Source: Alphaproteobacteria bacterium | GTDB taxonomy: Bacteria; Pseudomonadota; Alphaproteobacteria; Bin95 | Reading direction: 5' to 3' | Length of the DNA stretch: 64,000 bases | Assembly: GCA_040263875.1 (NCBI GenBank) | Contig: JBDQJI010000005.1 | Coordinates: 6,496-70,495 of the forward strand | In this document: positions 1-9,697 of the stretch, piece after piece | Layout: the number at the start of each line of letters is the position of its first letter | Position numbering within the stretch: the first letter of the stretch is position 1 | Translations under genes and position numbers: made by a program | The notes under the pieces: model-generated | The model's input: only the letters and a program-made list of their open reading frames with translations | Told to the model about the DNA's origin: nothing | The model's database searches: none

Positions 1-2
1 AC

Positions 3-2171
3 ATGGCGGATATCCTGGTCGGCAGTGAAGGCACGCTCGGCTTCTTCACAGAGATTGAGCTGGCGCTACAACCGGTTCCGGTGCGGAAAGCCGTTGGCAT
101 CTGCCAATTCCCCAGCTTCCAGGAAGCTATGGTCGCGACCAAACATCTGGTCACGCTGAAGCCCGATGCAGTGGAATTGGTGGATCGCACGATCATCGAA
201 CGGTCCCGCGCCATGCCTGCCTTCGCCGACATCGCCCAAATCATGGCGCCAGGCGAACCGCAAGCCCTGCTGATCGTTGAATTCTCCGGCGAGACGGACG
301 CCGCGCTTGCCCCTAGCCTCCAGGATTTGGAGGCTATGATGGCGGACCTGGGCTATCCATCCAGCGTCGTACCCGTGACGGACCCGGCGCAGCAAAAGCG
401 CGTATGGGGCGTGCGCGAGGCCGGCCTCAACATCGTCATGGCGATGAAAGGCAGCGCCAAGCCCGTATCCGTCATTGAAGATTGCGCCATTCCACTGGAG
501 CATCTGGCGGATTTCACGGCGCGGGTGACGGACCTGTTCGATAAGTATCAGGCGGGCGGAACTTGGTACGCCCATGCCAGCGTCGGCCTGCTGCATGTCC
601 GCCCGATCTTGGATATGAAGCAGGCGGAGGGTGCGGCCAAACTGCGCTCCATCGCGGAGGAAACCTTCGCCATCGTCAAAGAATATGGCGGTTCCCATTC
701 CGGCGAGCATGGGGACGGCAAAGTCCGCTCCGAGTTCATTGAGGTGATGCAAGGCCCCCGCCTCGCCCGCGCGTTTGAGGAAATCAAAGATAAGTTTGAT
801 CCGGACGGATTGTTCAATCCGGGCAATATCGTCCGCCCGCCTAAAATGGATGACCGCAGCCTGCTGCGCTTCAAGCCGGATTATGGCCCCGCCCCAATCG
901 AAACCGGCCTGGACTGGTCACCCTGGGGCGGATTTCTGGGTGCGGCGGAGATGTGCAACAACAACGGGACCTGCCGATCTCTGCAAGCGGGCGTCATGTG
1001 CCCAAGCTTCCGCGCGACCCGGGATGAGCGGGATGTGACGCGGGGCCGGGCCAATACGCTGCGGCTCGCACTTTCAGGTCAATTGGGGCCAAAAGACGCT
1101 GCATCTGATGCTGTCAGCGACGCGATGCAACTCTGTGTTGGGTGCAAGGGTTGCCGCCGCGAATGCCCAACTGGCGTCGACATGGCCCGCATGAAGATTG
1201 AGGTCTCCTACCAGGAGTTAAAGCGCCGAAAGCTGACCGCTGGTGAAAAAATGACCGCGTTCCTTCCTCGGCAAGCGCCGCGCCTTTCCAAGCTGCGCGC
1301 ATTGCTGAATCTCCGCGATAAGCTGCCGGGCGCTGCTGCGCTGAGTGAGCGGATAACGGGCTTTTCTGCCAAGCGCTCATTGCCTGAATGGAGCAGTCGT
1401 CCGTTCCGGGAATCCGTTGGCGGGACGATCAAGGGCGACGGATCGAACGTCGTGCTGTTCGCAGATACGTTCACCACGTGGTTCGAGCCTGAAAAACCCC
1501 GTGCTGCCGTAAAGGTCCTGCAAGCCGCTGGATATACAGTCCACGTCGTGCGCGGCCCGGATGGGCGCGGGCCGTGCTGCGGTCGCACATTCCTTGGTGC
1601 CGGGCTGATTGATGAGGCCAAAGTGGAGGCCGAACGCACGCTCGACCTCTTATCGCCTTTTGTGAACTCTGGTGCACCCGTACTTGGGCTGGAACCAGCG
1701 TGTCTCTTCACCTTCCAGGACGAGTTTGAGGCGCTGAACCTTGGCCCCCGTGCAGAGGCACTTGGTAAGGCCGTTCGGCTGATTGACGATTTCCTGGCGA
1801 CAGATGCAGCAGATGCTCTCCGCCAGAAACTCCGTCCGTTGGCACCCAAAGCATTGGTCCATGGCCATTGCCACCAGAAGGCTTTTGGCATGGCAGAGGC
1901 CACCTTGGCCGCCCTCAAGCTGATCCCGGATATGGAGGCGTCAATGATCGAGACCTCCTGCTGCGGGATGGCCGGAGCGTTTGGATATCAGGCGAAGACT
2001 TTCGATGTTTCATTGAAAATGGCGGAAGCCAAATTGCTACCGGCCGTGCGCGCTGCGAATAGTGAGACACTGATTGTAGCAGATGGCACAAGCTGCCGTC
2101 ACCAAATCGCAGATGGTGCTGGCCGTGAAGCCCGTCATCTGGTCGAGATTTTGGCGGACGCGCTTGGCTGA
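3..2171 (+). CDS. FAD-linked oxidase (C-terminal part) fused to Fe-S oxidoreductase, YdiJ/GlcD-GlcF-like; 5' end truncated by the window edge
   Basis: The ORF is open from the window start. It has the ferredoxin-type motif CVGCKGCRRECPTG and a C-terminal Cys-rich CCG-like region (TSCCGMAGAFGY, DGTSCRHQ). Confidence 0.8.
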   Translation: MADILVGSEGTLGFFTEIELALQPVPVRKAVGICQFPSFQEAMVATKHLVTLKPDAVELVDRTIIERSRAMPAFADIAQIMAPGEPQALLIVEFSGETDAALAPSLQDLEAMMADLGYPSSVVPVTDPAQQKRVWGVREAGLNIVMAMKGSAKPVSVIEDCAIPLEHLADFTARVTDLFDKYQAGGTWYAHASVGLLHVRPILDMKQAEGAAKLRSIAEETFAIVKEYGGSHSGEHGDGKVRSEFIEVMQGPRLARAFEEIKDKFDPDGLFNPGNIVRPPKMDDRSLLRFKPDYGPAPIETGLDWSPWGGFLGAAEMCNNNGTCRSLQAGVMCPSFRATRDERDVTRGRANTLRLALSGQLGPKDAASDAVSDAMQLCVGCKGCRRECPTGVDMARMKIEVSYQELKRRKLTAGEKMTAFLPRQAPRLSKLRALLNLRDKLPGAAALSERITGFSAKRSLPEWSSRPFRESVGGTIKGDGSNVVLFADTFTTWFEPEKPRAAVKVLQAAGYTVHVVRGPDGRGPCCGRTFLGAGLIDEAKVEAERTLDLLSPFVNSGAPVLGLEPACLFTFQDEFEALNLGPRAEALGKAVRLIDDFLATDAADALRQKLRPLAPKALVHGHCHQKAFGMAEATLAALKLIPDMEASMIETSCCGMAGAFGYQAKTFDVSLKMAEAKLLPAVRAANSETLIVADGTSCRHQIADGAGREARHLVEILADALG

Positions 2172-2188
2172 TTGCGCCTGTGCTTGTA

Positions 2189-2219
2189 CTCTCCCGCTAA
2201 CAGGATTCAGCGGGAGAGA
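2189..2219 (+). repeat. Perfect 10-bp inverted repeat (CTCTCCCGCT / AGCGGGAGAG, 10-nt loop) whose right arm contains the GGGAGAG Shine-Dalgarno of the AhpD-like gene
   Basis: Read directly from the sequence at 2189..2198 and 2209..2218. The ATG follows at 2222. Confidence 0.6.
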
Positions 2220-2221
2220 AT

Positions 2222-2779
2222 ATGATGGCGCGCGTAAAGACATTATCAGGGGCGGAGGTCCCAGATTCGGCCAAAGCGACCTTCGATGAAGTCACCGGTT
2301 ACGGCCCCTTCGCGAGCCTAGCTGGTGCCATGGCGCAGCGCCCTCCGATCTTGAACAATGTATTCGGATTACTTGGCGATCTCCGCGACGAAGGTGTCTT
2401 GGACAGGCGCTCCCTGGAACTGGCGCTCGTCGCAGTTTCTAAGCTAAACGCCTGCGATTATTGCGTCGCGCATCACAGCCCGATGCTGAATGTCATCGGA
2501 GCCTCAAAGCACGCCATCGAGAACATCCTGGATTATGACAATGTAGATGAGTTCGATGCGAAAGATCGCCTAGTCATCGAATACGCGCGACAGGTGACGA
2601 TGGATCCAAACCGGGTGCCCGACGGTATTTTTGACCGACTGCGCGAATATTTCGATGAACCGCAAATCGTCGAACTCACTTGGCGCATTGCGATGTGCGG
2701 TGCATTCAATCGCTTCAATGATGTGCTGCAGCTCGACATCGAAGATGATGCTGCAGCTGCGTTCGACGACGTTGCATGA
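2222..2779 (+). CDS. Carboxymuconolactone decarboxylase / AhpD-family protein
   Basis: Contains the CDYCVAHH motif (CxxC followed by His) typical of the AhpD/CMD core. A GGGAGAG Shine-Dalgarno sits 4 nt upstream of ATGATG. Confidence 0.75.
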   Translation: MMARVKTLSGAEVPDSAKATFDEVTGYGPFASLAGAMAQRPPILNNVFGLLGDLRDEGVLDRRSLELALVAVSKLNACDYCVAHHSPMLNVIGASKHAIENILDYDNVDEFDAKDRLVIEYARQVTMDPNRVPDGIFDRLREYFDEPQIVELTWRIAMCGAFNRFNDVLQLDIEDDAAAAFDDVA

Positions 2780-4083
2780 TTTCCCATCGGGCCATTACAG
2801 CGCTTGTTGGCGCTGGCTTGGCCCTTTGTGGCCTAGCCTCTAGCGCTGCTGCACAATCCGTCACGCGCCCAACAATAGAAGCGCCAACGATTGCACGGCC
2901 TGAAGCCCCCAAAGCACCCAATCTAACGCCACCGAATTTGCCAGACCCGCCGGGTGGCGGTGGCGTCCTAAGCCGCATCCGTGCCCTTACCGCTGAGACC
3001 AAAGCCGCTGAAGAAAAAGCCCGTGCTGCGGAAGCGCGGGCCGTACAGCTTTCTGCAGAAATCTCAGGCCTCAAAGCCGAACAGACCATCCTTCGTAGCC
3101 AGATCAATGACCTGACGATAAGGCAGAGTGCATTAGAGGCTGAGAACGGTGCTGCAAACGCAAGGATTGCGGACCTCACGACAGAATCCGCTGGCGCAAA
3201 GGCGGACGCTGATCAGCTATCGAGCGAGAAGCTAGCGCTTGCAAACAGGACATCTGAGCAAGCCGCAGAAATTCAGGCGCTAACACAACAACTCGCCGCC
3301 GCGCGTCAGGCGCTAACGGATGCAGGCACCCAGAACCGGGACCTTTCAGCGGAGGCAGGAAACCTCAAGAACCGTCTCGAGGACCTGAAATCTGAACGCC
3401 ATTCGCTGTCCGGTAAAGCGGGCGGCCTAGCCAGCAGGTTGGCTGCAGTTCGCACTGAAAACACGACACTCTCTGCAGATAAGAATGCGCTGGAAGACCA
3501 AGCCGCGCTGATGACAGCGGAAAATGCAGACTTCCGTGACAGGATTGGCGAGTTGGTCGGTCAGGTGAATGACCTACAGGGTCAAGTAGCAGATCTGGAT
3601 GCCAAACAGTCCGAAACCGCCCAGGCCCTTGCTGGCCAAACACAGGCTTCAGCAGCCTTGGAGGGTGACCTTCAACGTGCGCGCGCGGCCTTGGCCTCCG
3701 CCGTTGGGGCAGAACGTGCGGCAGCGGCAGAACTTGCTGAAACCTCCGCCAGCGCAGACCGGATTCAGCAGCTTGAAGAACAGTTGTCTGGAATGGAGGC
3801 TAATCTGGCGTCGGCCTATAATGAGCGCGCCGGACTGGAAGAAGATCTAGACATTGCTGAAGCCGCCACGAAACGCGTTACCGAAGAAGCCACCGCCGCC
3901 GTAAAAGCCGCAGAAGCTGACGCGATCGCTGCCCTGCAGGCCGAGCGCGCCCAAGCCGCATCCATCCAGACATTGCAGGCAAATGAAACGGCCAGCATTA
4001 TGACGCAAAGAAATATCGCCGCCGGGATCGCCATTATCGCGATCCTGTTCGCCGTGTTTAGTTTGTTACGCAGGAAGGCTTGA
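2776..4083 (+). CDS. Secreted Ala-rich coiled-coil protein with a C-terminal transmembrane anchor (hypothetical)
   Basis: N-terminal signal peptide (LVGAGLALCGLASSAAA-QS) and a Pro-rich linker (PNLTPPNLPDPPGGGG). About 330 aa of heptad-like Ala/Leu/Gln-rich sequence follows, then a C-terminal hydrophobic stretch IAAGIAIIAILFAVFSLLRRKA. The start overlaps the upstream stop (ATGA). Confidence 0.6.
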   Translation: MISHRAITALVGAGLALCGLASSAAAQSVTRPTIEAPTIARPEAPKAPNLTPPNLPDPPGGGGVLSRIRALTAETKAAEEKARAAEARAVQLSAEISGLKAEQTILRSQINDLTIRQSALEAENGAANARIADLTTESAGAKADADQLSSEKLALANRTSEQAAEIQALTQQLAAARQALTDAGTQNRDLSAEAGNLKNRLEDLKSERHSLSGKAGGLASRLAAVRTENTTLSADKNALEDQAALMTAENADFRDRIGELVGQVNDLQGQVADLDAKQSETAQALAGQTQASAALEGDLQRARAALASAVGAERAAAAELAETSASADRIQQLEEQLSGMEANLASAYNERAGLEEDLDIAEAATKRVTEEATAAVKAAEADAIAALQAERAQAASIQTLQANETASIMTQRNIAAGIAIIAILFAVFSLLRRKA

Positions 4084-4092
4084 GTTGCACAT

Positions 4093-6156
4093 ATGAGTTG
4101 GACGATTGGCGTCGATGTCGGCGGCACTTTCACAGATTTCCACGCCCGCGACGGTGCCTCAGGCCAGGAGGTCGTGTTCAAGCGGCCCTCCACCCCGGCA
4201 GACCCTGGAGAAGCGATCCTTTCTGGCTTGGCTGAAATGGCCGAAGCCCATAACGTGCCGCTGGCTGAAGCTGCACGCATCGCCCACGGTACCACCGTCG
4301 CAACCAATGCCTTGATCCAGCGGAAAGGTGCCAGCATCGCCGCCGTCGCTACTAAAGGCTTCCGGGATTTGCTGGAAATCGGCCGCCAGGTACGGCCGCA
4401 TATGTATGACCTGAACCTGGATAAGCCGGAGCCGTTAGCCGGTGAAGCGATGCGCTTCGAGGTCGCCGAACGTCTGGATTGGCGGGGCGAGGCCGTGCTG
4501 CCGCTGACCGACGCCGAGGCCACGCGCGCCGCCCGGGAAATTGTCGATAGCGGTGCGGACGCCGTTGCGATCTGCTTCCTGTTTGCCTACCGCAATCCAG
4601 CGCATGAGCAACAATTGGCCGGCGCGATCCGCAAGATCGCCCCCGCCATGCGTATCTCATTGAGTTCAGACGTGCAGCCCGAATTCCGGGAATACGAACG
4701 CTTCCAGACGACAGCAATTAACGCATATCTGCAGCCGCTTATGGCGGGCTATGTGGAGCGACTGGCGGCTGGGCTTGATAATGCCGTCAAAGGGGCTGCT
4801 CTTGGTGTCAACCAATCCTCCGGCGGGCTAATGTCTGCGCAACGAACCGCATCCTTCCCTGTCAGAACGGCTTTGTCCGGCCCTGCTGCAGGTGCGGTAG
4901 GTGCGGCGCATATCGCTCTCCGCGCTGGACGCCCAAACGTTGTGACCCTTGATATGGGCGGCACCAGCGCAGACGTAGCCTTGATCGAAGATGGCCGAAC
5001 GGAGATCGCGTTCCAGCGTGATGTTGCTGGGTTCCCCATTCGCCTCGCCATGGTCGATATCGATACCGTGGGTGCAGGTGGCGGGTCCATTGCATGGTTT
5101 GACCGCGACGGCCTGCTGAAGGTCGGCCCGATCAGTGCAGGCGCTGTACCAGGGCCAGCTTGCTATGGCCAGGGCGGAACGGAGCCGACGGTGACCGATG
5201 CGAACCTGGTGCTTGGCCGCCTCTCACCTACGGGCTTACTCGATGGCGCGATGCCTCTGGACCCAGTCGTCGCCGAGACGTCGCTGAAACCTGTTGCGGA
5301 CAAAGTCGGCGTGTCGCTGCAAGAAGCCGCTCTTGGTGTGCTGGCTATTGCTGTCGCCAACATGACGCGATCCGTCAGGCGCATGTCTGTCGAACGGGGC
5401 CGTGACCCGCGCGAGTTTGTGCTGATGGCGTTTGGCGGTGCCGGTGCGCTTCATGCGCGCGAAGTTGCGGCTGAGCTTGGTATGGGCGAAGTGCTGGTGC
5501 CGCCCTCCCCCGGTATTGTGTGTGCGGAAGGCTTGCTGGTGTCTGACCAGAAGGAAGATTTCGTCGCCAGTCTCCGCTTACCGCTCCACGCTGACCAGAT
5601 GAGCGTTGCGGCAGATACCGTGACGAGCCTTGCCGCCCGTGCCGCAGAATGGTTTGAAGCTGAAAACCTGCCTGATGCGACCCGCACCATGGAACTGGCG
5701 CTCGACCTACGTTATGTCGGCCAGAACTTTGAGCTGATCGTTCCCGTCGCTGCTGCGCCCAGCCTATCTGGTGCAGACATGCCGGATATCAAAGCGCTGG
5801 CGAACGCATTCTTCGCAGCCCATGACCGCGCTTACGGCTTCCATGATCCAGGTGCAGCGATTGAAATCGTCAACTTCCGCATGACAGCCCGTGGGCGTCT
5901 TTACGATGCCGAGGACATGCCGGAACCGGGCAAGGCCCAGCCTATGCCGGAACCGACCGGCCATCGCCCAGTATGGTTTGATGGCAAGGCTTCAATGGAA
6001 ACGCCGATTTATCGCCGGGAAACACTGGCACCGGGCATGACGTTCACCGGCCCCGCCATCATCGACCAATTAGACGCAACGACGCCAGTGCATCCGGGGG
6101 ACACAGTAGATGTCCGCCCAGACGGCTCAATGCTCATCGCTCTGAAGGGGGCTTGA
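4093..6156 (+). CDS. Hydantoinase/oxoprolinase family, A subunit (HyuA-like)
   Basis: N-terminus IGVDVGGTFTDF and a central DMGGTSADV motif, both typical of hydantoinase_A. Confidence 0.9.
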   Translation: MSWTIGVDVGGTFTDFHARDGASGQEVVFKRPSTPADPGEAILSGLAEMAEAHNVPLAEAARIAHGTTVATNALIQRKGASIAAVATKGFRDLLEIGRQVRPHMYDLNLDKPEPLAGEAMRFEVAERLDWRGEAVLPLTDAEATRAAREIVDSGADAVAICFLFAYRNPAHEQQLAGAIRKIAPAMRISLSSDVQPEFREYERFQTTAINAYLQPLMAGYVERLAAGLDNAVKGAALGVNQSSGGLMSAQRTASFPVRTALSGPAAGAVGAAHIALRAGRPNVVTLDMGGTSADVALIEDGRTEIAFQRDVAGFPIRLAMVDIDTVGAGGGSIAWFDRDGLLKVGPISAGAVPGPACYGQGGTEPTVTDANLVLGRLSPTGLLDGAMPLDPVVAETSLKPVADKVGVSLQEAALGVLAIAVANMTRSVRRMSVERGRDPREFVLMAFGGAGALHAREVAAELGMGEVLVPPSPGIVCAEGLLVSDQKEDFVASLRLPLHADQMSVAADTVTSLAARAAEWFEAENLPDATRTMELALDLRYVGQNFELIVPVAAAPSLSGADMPDIKALANAFFAAHDRAYGFHDPGAAIEIVNFRMTARGRLYDAEDMPEPGKAQPMPEPTGHRPVWFDGKASMETPIYRRETLAPGMTFTGPAIIDQLDATTPVHPGDTVDVRPDGSMLIALKGA

Positions 6157-6160
6157 ACCC

Positions 6161-7762
6161 ATGTCCAACTCGAATGCGGCTGAACTTGACGCTATCGGCC
6201 TCGAAATCCTCACCAACGCGCTCAAATCCATCAATGACGAAAGTTTCGTCGCGTTGATGAAGGCGAGCTATTCAACGAACATCAAAGAGCGCCACGATCA
6301 CTCGACCGCGATCATGAACGCCGACGGTGACCTTATCGCCCAAGCGGATATGAGCTTGCCGATCCATGTCGCCTCCATGAGCGGGTTGATGCGCTGTGTG
6401 ATCGAAAAATATGGCGATGATATTCACGCAGGCGACTTATTTGTCGCCAATGATCCGCATACCGCTGGCGGCACGCATTTGCCGGATGTGAACTTTGCAG
6501 CGCCGGTGTTCGTGGATGGCAGTCTCGTCGGCTTCGTATGCAATATCGCGCACCATGCTGATATTGGTGGCATGGCGGCGGGCAGCATGTCTGGCGGCAT
6601 GACGGAGATTTTCCAGGAAGGCCTGCGCATTCCGGTCACGCGCATCGGGACTAAGGATGAGATCAACCAGGAGATCCTGGACATCTTCCTGCTGAACGCC
6701 CGCGCGCCAACCGAACGCCGGGGTGACTACTACGCCCAGATCGCCGCTGCCAAGCTCGGCGTCCGCCGTATGCAGGAACTGGGCGCACGCTACGGTGCCA
6801 AAACCATGCGCGCCGGGTTCCGTCAATTGCTGGACCGCTCCGCCGCCCGCATCGCCGATGCGCTGAAGCAGGTGCCAGATGGGACGTACAATTTCCGCGA
6901 CATGATGGATGATGATGGCGTCGAGACGTTCGACATCGTCTTTGAGGTCACCATTGTGGCGAAGGGCGGCAAGCTCAGCTTCGACTTCGCTGGTTCAAGT
7001 CCGCAGGTGCCCGGCAACGTCAACATGACGCTGAACGCCACACAGGCCGCAGTCATCTACGCCATCAAAGCGCTGCTCGACCCTGAAGCGCCGAATACCC
7101 AGGCCGTTATTGATTGCGCGCCGATCACGGCCCCAGAAGCAACAGTGTGCAACGCCGTATTCCCTGCCCCGGTCGCAGGCCGGGCGCATACCTGCCAACG
7201 CGTGATTGATGTTGTAATGGGTGCACTGGCGCCAGCGCTGCCTGACCGCGTTCCGGCTGCACCCAACGGTGCCAACACCATGGCCGTATTCTCTGGCGTC
7301 GACCCTCGCAATGGCGAGGCCTATGTGTATCTGGAGACCATCGGCGGGGGTGCGGGTGGCAGGCCGACCAAACCCGGCAAGGATGGCGTTCAGACCGGCA
7401 TCACCAACACCTCCAACCTGCCCGTAGAAGCCATCGAAATGGAATATCCGTTGATGGTGCTGGAATACGGCCTCGTGCCGAATTCAGGTGGTGCAGGCAA
7501 ACACCCAGGCGGGCGCGGTATCCGCCGGGTCGTGAAGCCAGTGGATCACGCCTGCACCTTCAACGGCGTTGGCGAGCGCTTCCGCCATGCGCCCTGGGGC
7601 CTGCAAGGCGGAGAAGACGGCGGCAAAGGCCGTTTCGGCTTTATCGGTGCGAACGGCGCTGAAACACCACTCCCCGGTAAAACCGGCGACCGATTGGTTC
7701 CAGATGGGTCTATGGCGCTGGTTGAATCACCTGGTGCGGGCGGGTGGGGTAAGGCGGAGTAA
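6161..7762 (+). CDS. Hydantoinase B / oxoprolinase family, B subunit (HyuB-like)
   Basis: Starts 5 nt after the A subunit. The length and conserved blocks (GGGAGGRPTKPGKDG, GGAGKHPGGRG) match hydantoinase_B. Confidence 0.9.
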   Translation: MSNSNAAELDAIGLEILTNALKSINDESFVALMKASYSTNIKERHDHSTAIMNADGDLIAQADMSLPIHVASMSGLMRCVIEKYGDDIHAGDLFVANDPHTAGGTHLPDVNFAAPVFVDGSLVGFVCNIAHHADIGGMAAGSMSGGMTEIFQEGLRIPVTRIGTKDEINQEILDIFLLNARAPTERRGDYYAQIAAAKLGVRRMQELGARYGAKTMRAGFRQLLDRSAARIADALKQVPDGTYNFRDMMDDDGVETFDIVFEVTIVAKGGKLSFDFAGSSPQVPGNVNMTLNATQAAVIYAIKALLDPEAPNTQAVIDCAPITAPEATVCNAVFPAPVAGRAHTCQRVIDVVMGALAPALPDRVPAAPNGANTMAVFSGVDPRNGEAYVYLETIGGGAGGRPTKPGKDGVQTGITNTSNLPVEAIEMEYPLMVLEYGLVPNSGGAGKHPGGRGIRRVVKPVDHACTFNGVGERFRHAPWGLQGGEDGGKGRFGFIGANGAETPLPGKTGDRLVPDGSMALVESPGAGGWGKAE

Positions 7763-7770
7763 TCCGCCGC

Positions 7771-8607
7771 TCACCCGGCATTCAGCATCAGCAGCGACGC
7801 CTGTTTTGCGGCCATACCCTCCGTTACGCCGAGGGCGCGGGCTGATGCGTTGAGCGCGGAGATAGCGCCGTCGCGATACGTGCTGAGGCCGTCGCCAATT
7901 TCTGCGCTTGCTGCGGAGACTGCAGCGGCGGGGACGGATTTGGCCTCCATAACCGCTAGGCCTGCAATACCGGAATCATCCTTGCAGCGCCCAGCGTCAT
8001 TACAGATCAGGCCACGAATGGCATAAGGTGCCGCATAATCGGCAGAAGGTTCGCTGAAGGCAGACCCGGCGCAGATCACATCGCCTGCATATGGGTCAGA
8101 AATAAATGAGGTCGAGCCAAGCGCTATGATCCGCCCGCGAGCGCCTTCATAAACCACGTCGCGCGCTTCTGCAGGTTCGCCTTCTACTTTGGTGGCGCAC
8201 AACATTAAATCTGCGGCCTCTGAGGCCTCCATCCCTGGCTTTATATTAAGCCGCTCAGCATTGGCATTCACTAAGGCAATAACGCCGTTTGCGTACATAT
8301 CCGCACCGTCCGAAATCCGGCAGGAGGCCGTCGAGGTCGCAGCGCCAGGGATGCCGTGACCATCAAGCGCCCATAGGCCGCTAACGCCAGCCATGTTTTT
8401 GCCGCCACCCGCTTCCTGCGCGATAACGCCCTTAGGGCGGACAGGCAGAACCCAGTGGCAAACCGGCATTGAACCGAAATATGACGCGGCGATCAGGACA
8501 TCACCTGAGCCGTTACGCCCATCCACATAGGTCATCGAATCCATGACGACGATACGTCCGTCTGCCGATTCTACGGCCACAGCTTGGGGATACGCGATTT
8601 CAGACAT
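7771..8607 (-). CDS. Conserved hypothetical protein, possibly associated with the hydantoinase/2OG-oxygenase cluster
   Basis: Long ORF with a Gly-rich block (GGGKNMAGVSGLWALDGHGIPGAA). The start was trimmed to MSEIAYPQ so that the overlap with the upstream gene is only 8 nt. I do not recognise the family. Confidence 0.45.
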   Translation of the reverse strand: MSEIAYPQAVAVESADGRIVVMDSMTYVDGRNGSGDVLIAASYFGSMPVCHWVLPVRPKGVIAQEAGGGKNMAGVSGLWALDGHGIPGAATSTASCRISDGADMYANGVIALVNANAERLNIKPGMEASEAADLMLCATKVEGEPAEARDVVYEGARGRIIALGSTSFISDPYAGDVICAGSAFSEPSADYAAPYAIRGLICNDAGRCKDDSGIAGLAVMEAKSVPAAAVSAASAEIGDGLSTYRDGAISALNASARALGVTEGMAAKQASLLMLNAG

Positions 8608-9631
8608 TGGTCTGCGCAGCTGCGTGGTCTTTCGCCAGATCCGCCTGATCGTCCGTGTTGTAATTGCGGTCATACCACCAGGCGAGCCAGTCGCTATAGG
8701 CGATCGGCGGATATTGTGGCGGGTTGTCGGGGCTTTGGCAGGACGGCAGGCAATCGATCACCGTGTCCAGATGCGGAGCCAGGAAATAGGGAATGGCGTA
8801 ACGACGCTCGCCAATCGGGGGCAACGCACGGTGCGGTGTGGATTTATAGCGCCCGTTGGTCCAGCGCTGCAGTGTGTCGCCCGCATTCACTACGAAAGAG
8901 TTCGGCACGTAAGGCACGTCTAGCCACTTATCCTCCCCCACACGGATTTGCAGGCCAGGCACGCCAGATTGCGGTAGGAACGTCATAAAGCTGGCGTCTG
9001 TATGCGGTGCTATCCCGTATTGCCCAGCCTCCTGCGCTGGAACCGGTGGGTAGTGGGAAAGGCGGAAAGTGAACATGCATTCTGCAAAGGCCGCACTGAA
9101 ACCATCCTGCGGCAGATCAAGCGATACGGCGAGCGATGGCAGTAGACGCTGCGTCATCGCTTCTACCGCACCCGTATATTCCAGCACGGTTTCTTTGAAC
9201 CCAGGCAGATTATCCGGCCACTCATTCGGCCCGGCAAAGCGCCTGCCCGCCTTCACGAGCGGGTCATCCGGCGACCGTTCTCGCTTCAAGAAAAAAGCCT
9301 CGTTCCGATCCGGCTTGGCACTCGACTCACTGACGCGGGATGTGCGGACATTATAGCGGTTCATCGCCATATAGCCGTTGCTATGCTCATTCATCAGCAC
9401 AGCATGTTTGGCGTCCATTGGCTGATCATGGAAGCGCTCGGCTTCAGCGAATGTGCGCTCAATCAGGTTCTGGGGAACGCCATGATTGGTCAGGATCAGA
9501 AACCCTGCCGTCTCTAGCGCATGGCGGAGCGCACCAGCCACCTGCGCCTGCCCAGAAGCTCCATCGCCCAACGGCCCCATGTCAACGATTGCGATCTCGC
9601 TGATCTCTGCTTCCGCCGCTTTTTCGCTCAT
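8600..9631 (-). CDS. 2-oxoglutarate/Fe(II)-dependent oxygenase, isopenicillin N synthase-like family
   Basis: N-terminal block VAGALRHALETAGFLILTNHGVP. The HTDASFMTFL ... STPHRAL segment supplies a HxD...H facial triad. Confidence 0.8.
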   Translation of the reverse strand: MSEKAAEAEISEIAIVDMGPLGDGASGQAQVAGALRHALETAGFLILTNHGVPQNLIERTFAEAERFHDQPMDAKHAVLMNEHSNGYMAMNRYNVRTSRVSESSAKPDRNEAFFLKRERSPDDPLVKAGRRFAGPNEWPDNLPGFKETVLEYTGAVEAMTQRLLPSLAVSLDLPQDGFSAAFAECMFTFRLSHYPPVPAQEAGQYGIAPHTDASFMTFLPQSGVPGLQIRVGEDKWLDVPYVPNSFVVNAGDTLQRWTNGRYKSTPHRALPPIGERRYAIPYFLAPHLDTVIDCLPSCQSPDNPPQYPPIAYSDWLAWWYDRNYNTDDQADLAKDHAAAQTNV

Positions 9632-9697
9632 ATCGCACTTCGCCTTTCACGCATCATCAAGGAAAAGCGTATCGCGACGGTCGTGCGCTGTCGAACA

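Noticed and set aside
7771-8673. Full-length 300-aa ORF overlapping the 2OG oxygenase by 74 nt
   Set aside because: Trimmed to the internal Met at 8607, leaving an 8-nt overlap. The upstream extension is Arg-rich, low-complexity and probably non-coding.
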